A DNA stretch of 34,367 bases. Source: Chiloscyllium plagiosum. Its lineage: Eukaryota. Below the pieces are notes generated by a model. The model saw nothing but the letters and a program-made list of their open reading frames with translations. It did no database searches and was not told where the DNA came from. Shown one piece after another: positions 12,813-23,989 of this stretch; position 1 is the first letter of the stretch; each line of letters starts with the position of its first letter. A program made the translations under genes and the position numbers. The DNA lies in NCBI RefSeq assembly GCF_004010195.1, contig NC_057755.1:3564938-3599304 (forward strand). Reading direction: 5' to 3'.

Positions 12813-12850
12813 TTTAAATACCGCATGAGAGTGATCATATTATGATTAAA

Positions 12851-13350
12851 NNNNNNNNNNNNNNNNNNNNNNNNNNNNNNNNNNNNNNNNNNNNNNNNNN
12901 NNNNNNNNNNNNNNNNNNNNNNNNNNNNNNNNNNNNNNNNNNNNNNNNNNNNNNNNNNNNNNNNNNNNNNNNNNNNNNNNNNNNNNNNNNNNNNNNNNNN
13001 NNNNNNNNNNNNNNNNNNNNNNNNNNNNNNNNNNNNNNNNNNNNNNNNNNNNNNNNNNNNNNNNNNNNNNNNNNNNNNNNNNNNNNNNNNNNNNNNNNNN
13101 NNNNNNNNNNNNNNNNNNNNNNNNNNNNNNNNNNNNNNNNNNNNNNNNNNNNNNNNNNNNNNNNNNNNNNNNNNNNNNNNNNNNNNNNNNNNNNNNNNNN
13201 NNNNNNNNNNNNNNNNNNNNNNNNNNNNNNNNNNNNNNNNNNNNNNNNNNNNNNNNNNNNNNNNNNNNNNNNNNNNNNNNNNNNNNNNNNNNNNNNNNNN
13301 NNNNNNNNNNNNNNNNNNNNNNNNNNNNNNNNNNNNNNNNNNNNNNNNNN
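12851..13350. other. Assembly gap (500 N)
   Basis: Run of N. Confidence 1.
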
Positions 13351-13460
13351 GCAGGAGAATCGACGTTTCGGGCACAAGCCCTTCTTCAGGAAACGTCGAT
13401 TCTCCTGTTCCTTGGATGCTGCCTGTCCTGATGCGCTTTTCCAGCAACACATTTTCAGCT
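13351..13460. mobile_element. Fold-back PLE terminal module, left arm cut by the gap; hammerhead core on minus strand 13362-13389
   Basis: CAGGAGAATCGACGTTTC ... GAAACGTCGATTCTCCTG inverted arms; minus strand CTGAAGAAGGGCTTGTGCCCGAAACGTC. Confidence 0.8.
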
Positions 13461-13666
13461 AAGAAGAACAGGGCGCCCACCCAGTCATTTGGGCTGCGCT
13501 GATGCCTCAGCAGAACACCTGGATAGTAAATGTACAGACTTGTATATCGGAAAAATACATTTCAATGTCTGTATGTAAAGCAATGTAATGTTTGCACAAG
13601 AATGGCATGACCAATTGTAAAGAGATCCAAATAATTTTATGAATAAAGTATATTTTTGAAAAAAAA
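13461..13666 (+). mobile_element. Probable 3' UTR/poly(A) end of an L1/Tx1-type LINE
   Basis: AT-rich UTR with AATAAA at 13642 and an A-run at 13659-13666; family assignment from recollection only. Confidence 0.45.
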
Positions 13667-14134
13667 TAGTGCCTTAGAGTCCAGCCCCTTGACTGATCAC
13701 TGTTGGAAGAATGATAAATTGCCTGGCTTATGTCTGCACTGAACAACCAGGCAAGACAGGAGCACTGTGAAAAATTAGGTTCTGGTTGAAGCATCAAAGT
13801 GCAAAACTGCCAAGGTAAAGCAGAGATATTGCGCCAGTCCCTGAGCAGGAAATGTCTCAGGCACTGGAAAGTCTATGTTTCGAGTCTGACTGATCCTTTG
13901 TCAAAGCTAAAAAAAAGGCTGACAGTTTCATGATAGCTGCCTAGTCGTTTCCAGATTTTATAATCAGAGTAAACGATCTGTTTATCCAGGTGGCTTCATC
14001 TAATCTTTTCTGCCACCATGTTTGATAGTGAATGTAGATGACCAGCAATATATCAATCAGATGTGCTGGGGCTGAGTGTACATACCTAACAAGCCAGTAG
14101 TGTGTCTCTGTCAGTGTCAATGAGATTGCAGCTG

Positions 14135-14358
14135 TACACAGAGAATGGTGCAGCATAGAGGGAGGCACAGCAGCCTCTCATTGTCTGCATCAGCTGTCTG
14201 CCTGTATGGCCTCCTTCCCTCGTCCCACTCACCATGCTTTTCCCCACACATGCCCTGCAAATCTCTCTGAAGATAATTATTTGATTCTTTCCTGAAAGCC
14301 ATGATTGAATCTGGCTCTGGTTCCCCTCAGGCAGTGCACAGCCAATAGTGACCACTCA
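14135..14358 (-). mobile_element. Old CR1-like LINE 3' end remnant
   Basis: Minus strand resembles RVV..WNALPE..V....I.AFRKE and a CR1-type 3' UTR (ORFs 14086..14355, 14117..14302). Confidence 0.55.
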
Positions 14359-14958
14359 ATGAAGATGGCAGGGATTACCTAAATACCTTGATGAAATGTG
14401 ACACTTCGTTAAGGACAATTAACCCCTACCCCCCGCCGTCACCTCCATGCATTCCCTTGGTATATGCAATTGCCTGGAGTTTGTACTGTTCTAGTCTCTG
14501 GTCTAAACAAACTGAATGTTAACAATGCTAACAATTCCTGCCTCTCCACAAGGCAAACCAAGACAAACAATTGAAACGGGTTCTAATTCTGATCGAGTAC
14601 TATCACTGTCTGGAAATATTAGGTGACTGTTCTGAATAGAAATCCTTAGACTAATCCATTCGTCTTGTATTATGTGAACTCTGATCTCCAAACCATTAAA
14701 CTCTGCCAACCCCACCAATTGAAATGAACAGAACCATGGTCGACCTGACGTTCGATCAAGTGAACAGCCACAAATGATTTGGCTTTGACTCCAAATATTC
14801 TAATTGCAATTTGGTACCTTAGAATTCCAAATAAAGATTCATAGAGTCATGGAGTTGTACAGCACGAAAATAGACTCTTTGTTTAAGTGGCTGGCATCCA
14901 TCAGATAACTTCGATAAATCTAGTCCCACTTGCCAACATTTGGCCAATATCCCTCTGA

Positions 14959-15225
14959 GGTAAAAACAATGACTGCAGATGCTAGTAACCAGACTCTGGA
15001 TTAGTGGTGCTAGAAGAGCACAGCAGTTCAGGCAGCATCCAAGGAGCTTCGAAATCGACGTTTCGGGCAAAAGCCCTTCATTCAGGCAGCATCTAAGGAG
15101 ATTCGAAATCGACGTTTCGGGCAAAAGCCCTTCATCATTCCTGATGAAGGGCTTTTGCCCGAAACGTCGATTTCGAAGCTCCTTGGATGCTGCCTGAACT
15201 GCTGTGCTCTTCCAGCACCACTAAT
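14959..15225. mobile_element. Fold-back PLE terminal module with an internal 54-bp tandem duplication and ~15-bp TSD
   Basis: Inverted arms; flanks CCAATATCCCTCTGA (14944-14958) and CCAATATCCCTTTGA (15226-15240). Confidence 0.85.
15141..15168 (+). ncRNA. Minimal hammerhead ribozyme-like core
   Basis: CTGATGA-A-GGGC-TTTT-GCCC-GAAACGTC with a perfect 4-bp stem II. Confidence 0.72.
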
Positions 15226-15889
15226 CCAATATCCCTTTGAATCCTTCCTATTCATATGCCCATCCAGATGCTTTTCAAATGTTGTAATTGTACCCTCCTC
15301 CACCACCTCCTCTGGCAACTCATTCCATACACACACCATCTTCTGCATGAAACAAAGTTGCCCCTCAGGTCCCTTATAAATCTATCCTCTCTCAAATTAA
15401 ACCTGTGGCCTTTTCTTTTGGACTCCCCTACCCTGGGGAAAAATGCCCCTTATGATTTTATAAACGGCTATAAGGTCACCCCTCAGCCTCCAACAACCCA
15501 TACGGAACATTGTCACCCACCTTGCTGAAGTCCATGTAGACAACGTCTGCTGCTCTGCCTTCGTCAATCCTCTTTGTCATCTCTTCAAAAAACCTCAATC
15601 AAGTTAATGAGAGATGATTTCCCACACAAAAAGCTATGTTAACTATTCCTAATCAGTCCTTGCTTTTCCAAGTGCACGTGAATCATGATCCTCAACATAC
15701 CATCCAATAGCTTACTTATCACTGACATCAGGCTCACCAGAACTATATTGTTCTTATCGTGCAGACAGCACATTACTAAAAAAAAGTTTAGCATTATCTT
15801 TGCAATTAGAATGCAAAATCTAAAATGCAAAATAAATCAAAGAACTTCCAAGCTTGCTCTACTCCTCTTAGTATTAATGAAAATTGTCC

Positions 15890-16340
15890 AATTCAGTTTA
15901 TGGTCAAGTCTTGCTTCATTGATATTGATGGCAGTGGGTTAATGGGAATGTATCTGAATAGCAAGTGGGATCATTTGGATTATTTCTTACTGGGGATGCT
16001 CACTGCCAGGCAGAGTTATGTCTTTTATACCCCTTGACACTTTTCACCCCAAGCCTGAACTTCTTTGAATGTTGTCATGGATTGCTTCAGTGTCTGAGTA
16101 GCTGAAAATTATGTTTCACGTGAAGCAACCGATTAGGTACACCCACACTTCAGGTCTCATGGTAAATAGAAAATGATTGACCAAACCAAGCGTTGGCCGT
16201 AGTGAGGTGTTCGAGATGATTGTGAGAACCCCCATGGAAAAGTTGTACTGCTGAGATGATAGGCTTGTGGTCACTAGAAACATTTCCCTTTGTGGTATGG
16301 ATAACTCTAACCAGTGGAGAATGTATTCCTTGATTCACAG
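15890..16340 (-). mobile_element. Highly decayed CR1/L2-group RT remnant
   Basis: Minus strand approximates IKEYILHWLELSIPQREMFLV..SSQ....MGV, echoing the GI.G..L.WL..YL..R...VVV..GVPQG region. Confidence 0.5.
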
Positions 16341-16439
16341 GCGCTCACTCAGCTATATTAGACCAAATGCTGCAAAGAGCTCTCACTCTCTCTCGCCTTT
16401 CCTGTTCAGTTTCTTTGTCCATGCTCTGATTACAGTTGA

Positions 16440-16876
16440 GTAGAGTAGAATAGAAATTTTATTTGTCATTTCTACCATATACAACTGTTCCAGTGTTCCT
16501 CCAGTACAAAGGGTGCTGCATGGACAGCACAAACTACACAAACTACACGGCACAAGTAATGCAAAACACACAAGTTACTGTGTAACAGAAGAATGATGGA
16601 TAATAGACATTTTTCTAGCATCAATATGTAAGCATTTCAGACTGGAAAGAGTCCAATCATTCAGGAGCCTAATGGCTTTGGGAAGGAAACTGCTGCACAG
16701 TCTGGCTGTGAGAGATCATACGTCCAGGTATATTCTGTCAGATGGCAGGTGGGAGAAGAGCTTGAGTGAGGGGTGTGTGAGGTCTTCCACAATGCTCTTA
16801 CCCTTTCAGATGCAGCTTGTGGTGTAAATGTCTGTAATGAGGGAAGAGAGACGCCAATGATCCTTTCAGACTTCAT
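16440..16876 (-). mobile_element. Rex1/Babar-type LINE 3' fragment
   Basis: With a frameshift reads SERIIGVSLPSITDIYTTSCI..KSIVEDLTHPS..LFSHLPS..TARLCSSFLPKAIRLLN, the characteristic Rex1 C-terminus. Confidence 0.75.
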
Positions 16877-17454
16877 TGAGTTCTGGACCTCTGTTGATAT
16901 AGTGGACTCGAACTGAGGATGTATTTAGTCAGTTCTTGCGAAATATTTACCTCTTGATATTTACTTCTTAACTCTCCCAATGTTGGAGCAAACCTGGAAC
17001 AGCTTGACTCGCCTCTGGCCTGATTTTGCAGGACAAACAGTTCTTGATTTTCGGAAGCGTCTCTGACATTAACATAGGTTTTGAATTGATTTTTATTGAT
17101 TTTATTGTCAAAACAATCCAAAACCCACTTTATGTTAGTAATGGTGTAGGAAATCAAGACACTCGGTTCACTGTGCTTACGAAATCATTCATTCCTGTTA
17201 TGACTGAATACAGAAAGACAAATCCAAACGAAATAGTGCAAGAAAGAGAGGAAAGGCAGACAGGCTCCCGAATCATTTTATATCGTTACTAGTTGAGCAG
17301 AACAACCTAAATAGGGAGGGACAGGTAAATGAGTGAAATAGCTATCAGATTTTTAAAATTAATTTGTACTATACTTTATTACATACAAATGTATACAATA
17401 AACGAATATTAATTTATATAAAAGCCGACTCTCAGTTCTTTTACTGAATATAAG

Positions 17455-18465
17455 GACTTAAATGCATTGTGTGACAGGCACATCAATGGAGACATGGCTG
17501 AAAGGAGATCAGCACTGGGAGCGAAATATCCAAGGATATCCAACCTATCAAAAAGGCAGATGGGCAGAAGGAATGGGGTTGCTGTGTTAGTAAAAAATGA
17601 AATTAAGTCAATAGTGGTAAACGAAGTACAGTTGGATGATGTAGAATCTGTGTGGACAGAGTTGAGGAAACACAAATGTTAAAAAAAATATAACGGGAGT
17701 TACCGACACGCATCCAAACAGTAATCAGGATTTGGGACATAAGATACACCAAGAGATAGAAAACACGTGTAAGAAAGGTGAGGTTACAGTGATCATAGGC
17801 AATTTCAATATGCAGATGGATTAGAAAAAAAACAGGTGGTCATGGATTGCAAGAAAAGGAATTTATGGAAAGCGTACGAGATGGCTTCCTGGAGCAGATT
17901 GTGGTGGAGCACACTAGGGGACAATTAATATTGGATTTAGTGTTGTGCAATGAGGAAGACTTGATAAGGGAACTTACGGAGAAGGGACTCTGAGGAGGCA
18001 TTGACCATAATATGATTGGATTTACTCTGCAGTTTAAGAGGGAGAAGTCGGAATCAAATGTAACTGCATTACAGTTGAATAAAGACAACTATAGAGGCAT
18101 GAGGGAGAAGCTGACCGGAATGGACTGGGAGAGGAGCCTAGCAGGACACACAGTGGAACAGCAATGGCAGGAGTTTCTGAGAGTCATTTGAGAAACACAG
18201 CAACAATTCATGCCAAGGAAAAAGAAGCATACTGAAAGGAAGATGACGTAACCTGGCTGACCAGGGAAGTCAGCGACAGTAGAAAAGCAAAAGAGAAAAC
18301 ATGAAATGTGGCAAATGGTAATAGGAAGCCAGAGGGCAACAGACCAACAGAGGACAATGCAGAAAGAAATAAGGAGGGACAAGATTAAATATGAGGGTAA
18401 GCCAGCCGGTAATATTACGAAAGATTACAAGGATTTCTTCAGATATATAAAGGGCAGAAGAGAGA
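17455..18465 (+). mobile_element. Decayed CR1 ORF2 (APE endonuclease plus linker), left half of an element split by a nested insertion
   Basis: NIQGY..GRRNGVAVLVK..VESVWTELR; GNFN; ILDLVLCN; DHNMI; ends FFRYIKGRRE. Confidence 0.85.
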
Positions 18466-18742
18466 CATAGAACATAGAGCATTACAGTGCAATACAGGCC
18501 CTATGGCCCTCGATGTTGTGCCGACCTGTCATACCAATCTGAAGCCCATCTAACCTAAAGTATTCCATGTACGACCATATGTTTGTCCAATGACGACTTA
18601 AATGTACTTAAAGTTGGCGAATCTACTACCGTTGCAGGCAAAACAATCCATACCCTTACTACTCTCTGACTAAAGAAACTACCTCTGACATCTATCCTAT
18701 ATCTATCACCACTCAATTTAAAGTTATGCCCCCTTGTGCTCG

Positions 18743-18816
18743 CCGTCACCATTCCTGGAAAAAGGCTCTCTCTGTACACCGTCACCATTCCTGGAAAAAG
18801 GCTCTCTCTGTACACC
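18743..18816. repeat. Exact 36-bp tandem duplication inside CR1
   Basis: CCGTCACCATTCCTGGAAAAAGGCTCTCTCTGTACA twice; VYRESLFPGMVT twice in ORF 18555..18866. Confidence 0.95.
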
Positions 18817-20062
18817 ATATCTAACCCTCTGATAATTTTATATGTATCTATTAAGTCACCTCTCAACCTTCAAACGAAAACAGCCTCATGTCCCTCAGCC
18901 TTTCCTCGTAAGGCCTTCCCTCCATACCAGACAACATCCTAGTAAATCTCCTCTGCGCCCTTTCCAAAGCTTCCACATCCTTCTTATAATGCGGTGACCA
19001 GAATTGTACACAATACTCGAAGTGCGGCCGCACTAGAGTTTTGTACAGCTGTAGCATAAACGTATGGTTCCAGAACTCGATCCCTCTATTAATAAAGGCC
19101 AAAAACACTGTATGCCTTCTTAACAACCCTGTCAACCTGGGTGGCAACTTTCAAGGATCTGGACACCGAGCTCTCTCTGCTCATCTACACTAACAAGAAT
19201 CTTACCATTAGCCCAATACTTTGCATTCTGGTTACTCAGACCAAAGTGAATCACCTCACACTTGTCTGCATTAAACTCCATTTGCCAACTCTCTGCCCAG
19301 CTCTGCAACCTATCTATGTCTCTCTGTAACCTACAACATCCTTCGTCACTTTCCACAACTCCACCGACATTAGTGTTGTCTGAAAATTTACTAACCCACC
19401 CTTCTACGCCCTCATCCAGGTCGTTTATAAAAATGACGAACGGTAGTGGACCCAACACCGACCCTTGTGGTACACCACTGGTAACTGGACTCCAGGGTGA
19501 ACATTTCCAATCAACCACCACCCTCTGTCTTCTTTCAGCAAGCCAATTACTGATCCAAACTGCTACATCTCCCACAATCCCATTCCTCCGCATTTTGTAT
19601 AATAGCCTGCCGTGGGGAATCTTATCGAACGCCTTGCTGAAATCCAAATACACCACATCAACCGGTTTACTCTCATCTACCTGTTTGGTCACCTTCTCAA
19701 AGAACTCAATAAGGTTGTGAGGCACGACCTAACCTTCACAAAACCGTGCTGTCTATCCCTAATCAAATTATTCTTTTCTAGATGATTATAAATTCTATCT
19801 CTTATAACTTTTTCCAATAGTTTACCAACAACTGAAGTAAGGCTGTCTGGTCTATAATTACCAGGATTGTCTCTGCTCCCCTTCCTGAACAGGGGAACCA
19901 CATTTGCTCTCCTCCAGTCTTCTGGCACTATTCCTGTAGACAATGATGATTTAAAGCTCAATGCGAAAGTCTCGACAATTTCCTCTCTGGCTTCCCAGAG
20001 GATCCTAGGATAAATCCCATCCGGCCCAGGGGACTTATCTATTTTCACACTCGGCAGGATTT

Positions 20063-20114
20063 NNNNNNNNNNNNNNNNNNNNNNNNNNNNNNNNNNNNNN
20101 NNNNNNNNNNNNNN
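20063..20114. other. Assembly gap (52 N)
   Basis: Run of N. Confidence 1.
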
Positions 20115-21218
20115 AATATTCATTTAGTGCTTCCCCTATCTCCTCTGACTCCACACACAACTTCCCACTACTATCCTTGATTGGCCCTAATCTTACTCTT
20201 GTCATTCTTTTATTCCTTAAATACCTATAGAAAGCCTCGGTGTTTACCCTGATCCTATCCACCAACAACTTCTCATGTCTCCTTCGGGCTTTTTGGAGCT
20301 CTCGCTTTAGGTCTTTCCTGGCTAACTTGTAACCCTCAAGCGCTCTAACTGAGCCTTCACATCTCATCCTAACACAAGCCTTCTTCTTCCTCTTGACCAG
20401 TGATTCCACTTCCTTCGTAATCCACGGCTCTCGCGCTCTACAGCTTCCTCTCTTCCTGACAGGTACATACTTATCTAGGACACACAGTAGCTTTTCCTTG
20501 AATAAGCTCGACATTTCTAATGTGCCTATCCCCTGCAGTCTCCTTCTCATTCCCATGCTTCCTAAATCTTGCCTAATTGCATGATAAATTGCCTTTCCCA
20601 CAGCTGTAACTCTTGCCCAGTGGTATACACCTATCCCTTTCTATTAATAAAGTAAACATAACAGAATTGTGTTCGCTATCACCAAAGTGTTCACCTACTT
20701 CCAAGTCTAACACCTGGCCGGGCTCATTAACCAGTACCAAATCTAATGTGGCTTCGCCCCTTGTTGACCTGTCTCCATACTGTGTCAGGAAGCACTCCTG
20801 CACACACTGGACAAAAACTGACCCATCCATAGTACTCGTACTATAGTGTTCCCGGTCAATATTTGAAAAGTTGAAGTTCCCCATGACAACTAATCTGTCT
20901 CTCTCACTCCTATCGAGAATCATCTTTGCTATCCTTTCCTCTACATCTCTGGAACTAATTGGATGCCTATAGAAAACTCCCAACAGGGTGACCTCTCCTT
21001 TCCTGTTTCTAACTTCAGCCCATACTACCTCAACTGACGAGTTCCCAAACGTCCTTTCTGCAACTGTAATACTGCCCTTGACCAATAATAACACACCTCT
21101 CCCTCTTTTATCATCTTCTCTGTTCTTACTGAAACATCTAAATCCTGGAACCTGCAACAACCATTCCTGTCCCTGCTCTAACCATGTCTCCGAAATGGCC
21201 ACAAAATCGAAGTCACAA

Positions 21219-21560
21219 GTGGACACTGGGCCCCTGGCAAAATTACCTGGAGAAATTGTAGTGGGGAACACGGAAATGGCAGTGGAACGGAATAAGTACT
21301 TTGTGTCAGTCTTCATGGGGAAGAAACGAATCATATCCCAAAAATTCAAGAGAGTCAGGGGAAGAGATGAGTATGGGAACCATCACCCAGGAGAAGTTGC
21401 TGGAAAAATTGAAAGTTCTGAATGTCGATAAATCACCAGTACCAGAGGGGCTACAGCCCAGAGTTCTGAAAGAGGAAGCTGAAGAGCTAATGGAGGTTTT
21501 AGCAGTGATCTTTCAGGTATCACTGAACTCAGGGAGGATCTCGAGGGACTGGAAAATTCC
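21219..21560 (+). mobile_element. Right half of the split plus-strand CR1
   Basis: VDTGPLAKLPGEIVVGNTEMAVERNKYFVSVF..VDKSPVPEGLQPRVLKE..IFQVSLNSGRISRDWK. Confidence 0.85.
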
Positions 21561-21569
21561 TTACTTTGA

Positions 21570-21990
21570 AACAGCAGGTGGTATATTATGAACGGGTTCT
21601 GTATATGAGAGAGTGATACAGAGTGAGAAGAGGAGAGGGGAGAGTATTAAATATTTATGTTTGAGCGATAGAGAGTAAGTACAGCAGAGGGTACATTGCT
21701 AAAGATTTGTGTGTATGAGTGCAGCACAGGGGAAATTAGTAAAATGCCTGTGTGAGAGAGACAACACGATACACAGTACATCGAGGGATGGGGAGACACA
21801 GTTAATTTAGGATTTATGTGTGACACAGAGAACGTATAACAGAGGGCACTTCATTAAAGATTTGTGAGAGTGAGACAGTGAGATGGGCAAAGTCCAGCAG
21901 GGGAGACATAATGAAATATTATTGTCTGAACGAGTGTGTGATAGAGAGAAAATGAAGCAGAGAGGATATTATTATACATTTGTGTGTGTG

Positions 21991-22034
<44 letters not shown>

Positions 22035-22118
22035 TGAGAGAGAGAGAGAGAGTGGGAGAGACAATAAAATACAGACAGAGTGCAGAGGAGGGTTGCACTT
22101 TGTTAAAGATTTGTATGT
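21570..22118. repeat. Degenerate irregular tandem repeat containing a (GT)n(GA)n microsatellite at ~21981-22052
   Basis: Recurrent motif like CAGCAGAGGG..CATT.TTAAAGATTTGTGT. Confidence 0.65.
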
Positions 22119-22500
22119 CATCCATGTATGGGGAGGCTTTGACCTGCAGGCCCTTGCTGCCTGGAAAAGTTCCCCTCTCGGACTCACATCCTTCCTCAAT
22201 GACTCAGCAAAAGGCTCTAGAGAGCACACAGACAAGGCAGAAGAGAGTGGGCAGTGCTGCCTGACTCTGGATCTGATCGGGAAAGCTTTCTGATTTCCAC
22301 CCATTGATTTAGACTGCACTAACGATGTTGGTGGAGAGCAGTCGGATCTAATTACAAATTCCCTCCCCCCAACCTATTTAGAGACCACACCCCACATGGA
22401 GGAGTGCAATATCCTGTCATAGACATTCCCCTGGCTCAGGCTGATGAGGCCATCTCTCAGGTCCAGCCTGGTACAGCACAGGTTTGATTTGGGTGAATCA
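22117..22500 (-). mobile_element. Tx1/L1-clade RT fragment, decayed
   Basis: FPIRSRVRQHCPLSSALSVCSLEPFAESLRKD, then QVKASPYMDD; upstream LISLSQGNVYDRILH (approximating SLDQEKAFDRV.H). Confidence 0.8.
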
Positions 22501-23550
22501 CCAATCGAAGAGCAGTTCGCCAGTTGGTGATAATATATGAATATCTCTCTTGTATAATAAAAAGTTGCCCCCCATGATTTAACAAAGCATAAATGTAGGC
22601 ATGTGTCAGATGCTACAGGTTGAATGCCAGTATCTACAAACATGGGGTGCAGTGGCATACCCTGAGATGTTAATGCCATGTGTCCAAGATACATGTGTGG
22701 AAGAGCAAGCATTGAGCTGATGTCGCTGATACTCACTTATTTTTGTGTTGAGAGTTCTCAGCCCTTCATTGCTTTTTGGCAGGGGGTAGAATAGGAACAT
22801 ATACATTAAATGAGGTGAGATAAATAATAATGAGCATGAATGAGCACCTTGCCATTTACTCATAACAATCTCATCTTAGCCTCCAGGATTTGCTAGGTAA
22901 GTTTGACCTGTAGATCTCAACGACAAGAAAGGCCTCATTTGACATCTAACAATTCTTCCAAATTATTCACTATCGTTGACGTATTTTGCCAGTGTACTGT
23001 TGTGAGGAGGAAGAGAGTTCCTTTGGCTAGGGAGATGTTAAAAAAAAAGCAGTCAACAATGCCCAAGTAATTTTCTCATGGTTTATTGAGTTTGCAAAGA
23101 AGCATCCGTTTAGGCATGTCACATCAGTTAATTAGATAAACAAAGTATACAACAGAGATATTTGGTATCAGTGACTGATACCAGAGGACACACAGACAGA
23201 CGGCACAAAATGTTTTAATCTTTTTAAAGTGGTGAGGTTGCATTCTGCTCTCTCATGGAGATGATAGCGAACTCTTCCCATGATCTTCCTCCTCTTCTTC
23301 TGGTCCATCTTTCATCTGCCTGATGAGGACTGCTCAATGACGACTGCTCTCTGGGGACAGAGTAATGAGATCTGCTATCGACGAGATCTGCTTGCTGAGA
23401 AGTACCCTCAGAACTTCTCTCAGCCCCAACACATTATTCAATCATATTTCCAGGGGCATGTCGTTTATACTATGTCAACCAATTGTCTGAATTCTTTTGG
23501 CCAGTGGTCATGGGGCAGCTGCATTGGAACTACTGGAAATAGCAGTTTAT

Positions 23551-23692
23551 AATCCTTGGGATGCAGGTGTTTGTGGGATGGAAAGCGAGGAACAAAGGGA
23601 TCTTGTCAGCGTTGTGGGAGGGAAGAGAATGGATGGTGAAGGCAGAGGTGTGGGAAATGGGTGGGACATGGCTAAGGACCATGTCTATCCCA
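23551..23692 (-). mobile_element. PLE linker-region remnant
   Basis: Reverse complement reads ..PISHTSAFT..HNADKIPLFLAFHPTN, homologous to 10740-10860. Confidence 0.7.
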
Positions 23693-23759
23693 GTAAGTGC
23701 CTGAAATGTTTTGTCTCAAGTGAGAATTCCACCAGTCTTCACTTTCTACCCACCAGCAT

Positions 23760-23965
23760 CTTTGATTTGATTATTGTCACATATACCTAGATACAGTGAA
23801 AAGTTCTATTTTCCTGCAGTACAGGCAGATTATAGTCTACAACGTGCATTAGGTAATTCAACAAAGCAAACAATACAATGTTACAGCTGCAGAGAGAAGG
23901 TGCACAGAGAGCGAGATCCATATTAAAATTAATTTCAATGGTCCATTCAGAAGTATAATAATGCA
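23760..23965 (-). mobile_element. Probable LINE (Rex1-like) 3' UTR remnant
   Basis: Minus strand ends CACTGTATCTAGGTATATGTGACAATAATCAAATCAAA, similar in style to the tail near 16450. Confidence 0.45.
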
Positions 23966-23989
23966 TCTAATAATCTTCAGATCATTCAG

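Larger units (their letters stand above)
14836..15746 (-). mobile_element. Internally deleted CR1 LINE (3' end joined at ~15498 to an RT N-terminal piece), interrupted by a PLE fold-back insertion
   Basis: VCVWNELPEEVVEEGTITTFEKHLDGHMNRK; LVSLMSVISKLLDGMLR..HLEKQGLIRNS. Confidence 0.85.
18466..21218 (-). mobile_element. CR1 LINE, nearly complete but frameshifted ORF2 (EN plus RT) and 3' UTR
   Basis: ORFs 20573..21349 (VAISETWL, GNFN, LDLVL, GDSEH), 19689..20123, 19132..19725 (YLDFSKAFD, GVPQGSVLGP), 18863..19147, 18555..18866. Confidence 0.95.

Noticed and set aside
12794..13480. ORFs spanning the N-run
   Set aside because: Artefacts of translating N.
14959..15225. Fold-back modules as classical MITEs (DNA transposons)
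   Set aside because: Arms are asymmetric with a one-sided tail, TSDs are 14-15 bp, and the sequence is homologous to the PLE terminus at 9680-9804.
22730..22790. Minus-strand exon ending at a strong GTGAGT donor
   Set aside because: Poor acceptor, unrecognisable peptide, and no open-frame join to the candidate exon at 16951.
23325..23350. CTGATGAG as another hammerhead core (also at 22441)
   Set aside because: No stem II followed by GAAA.
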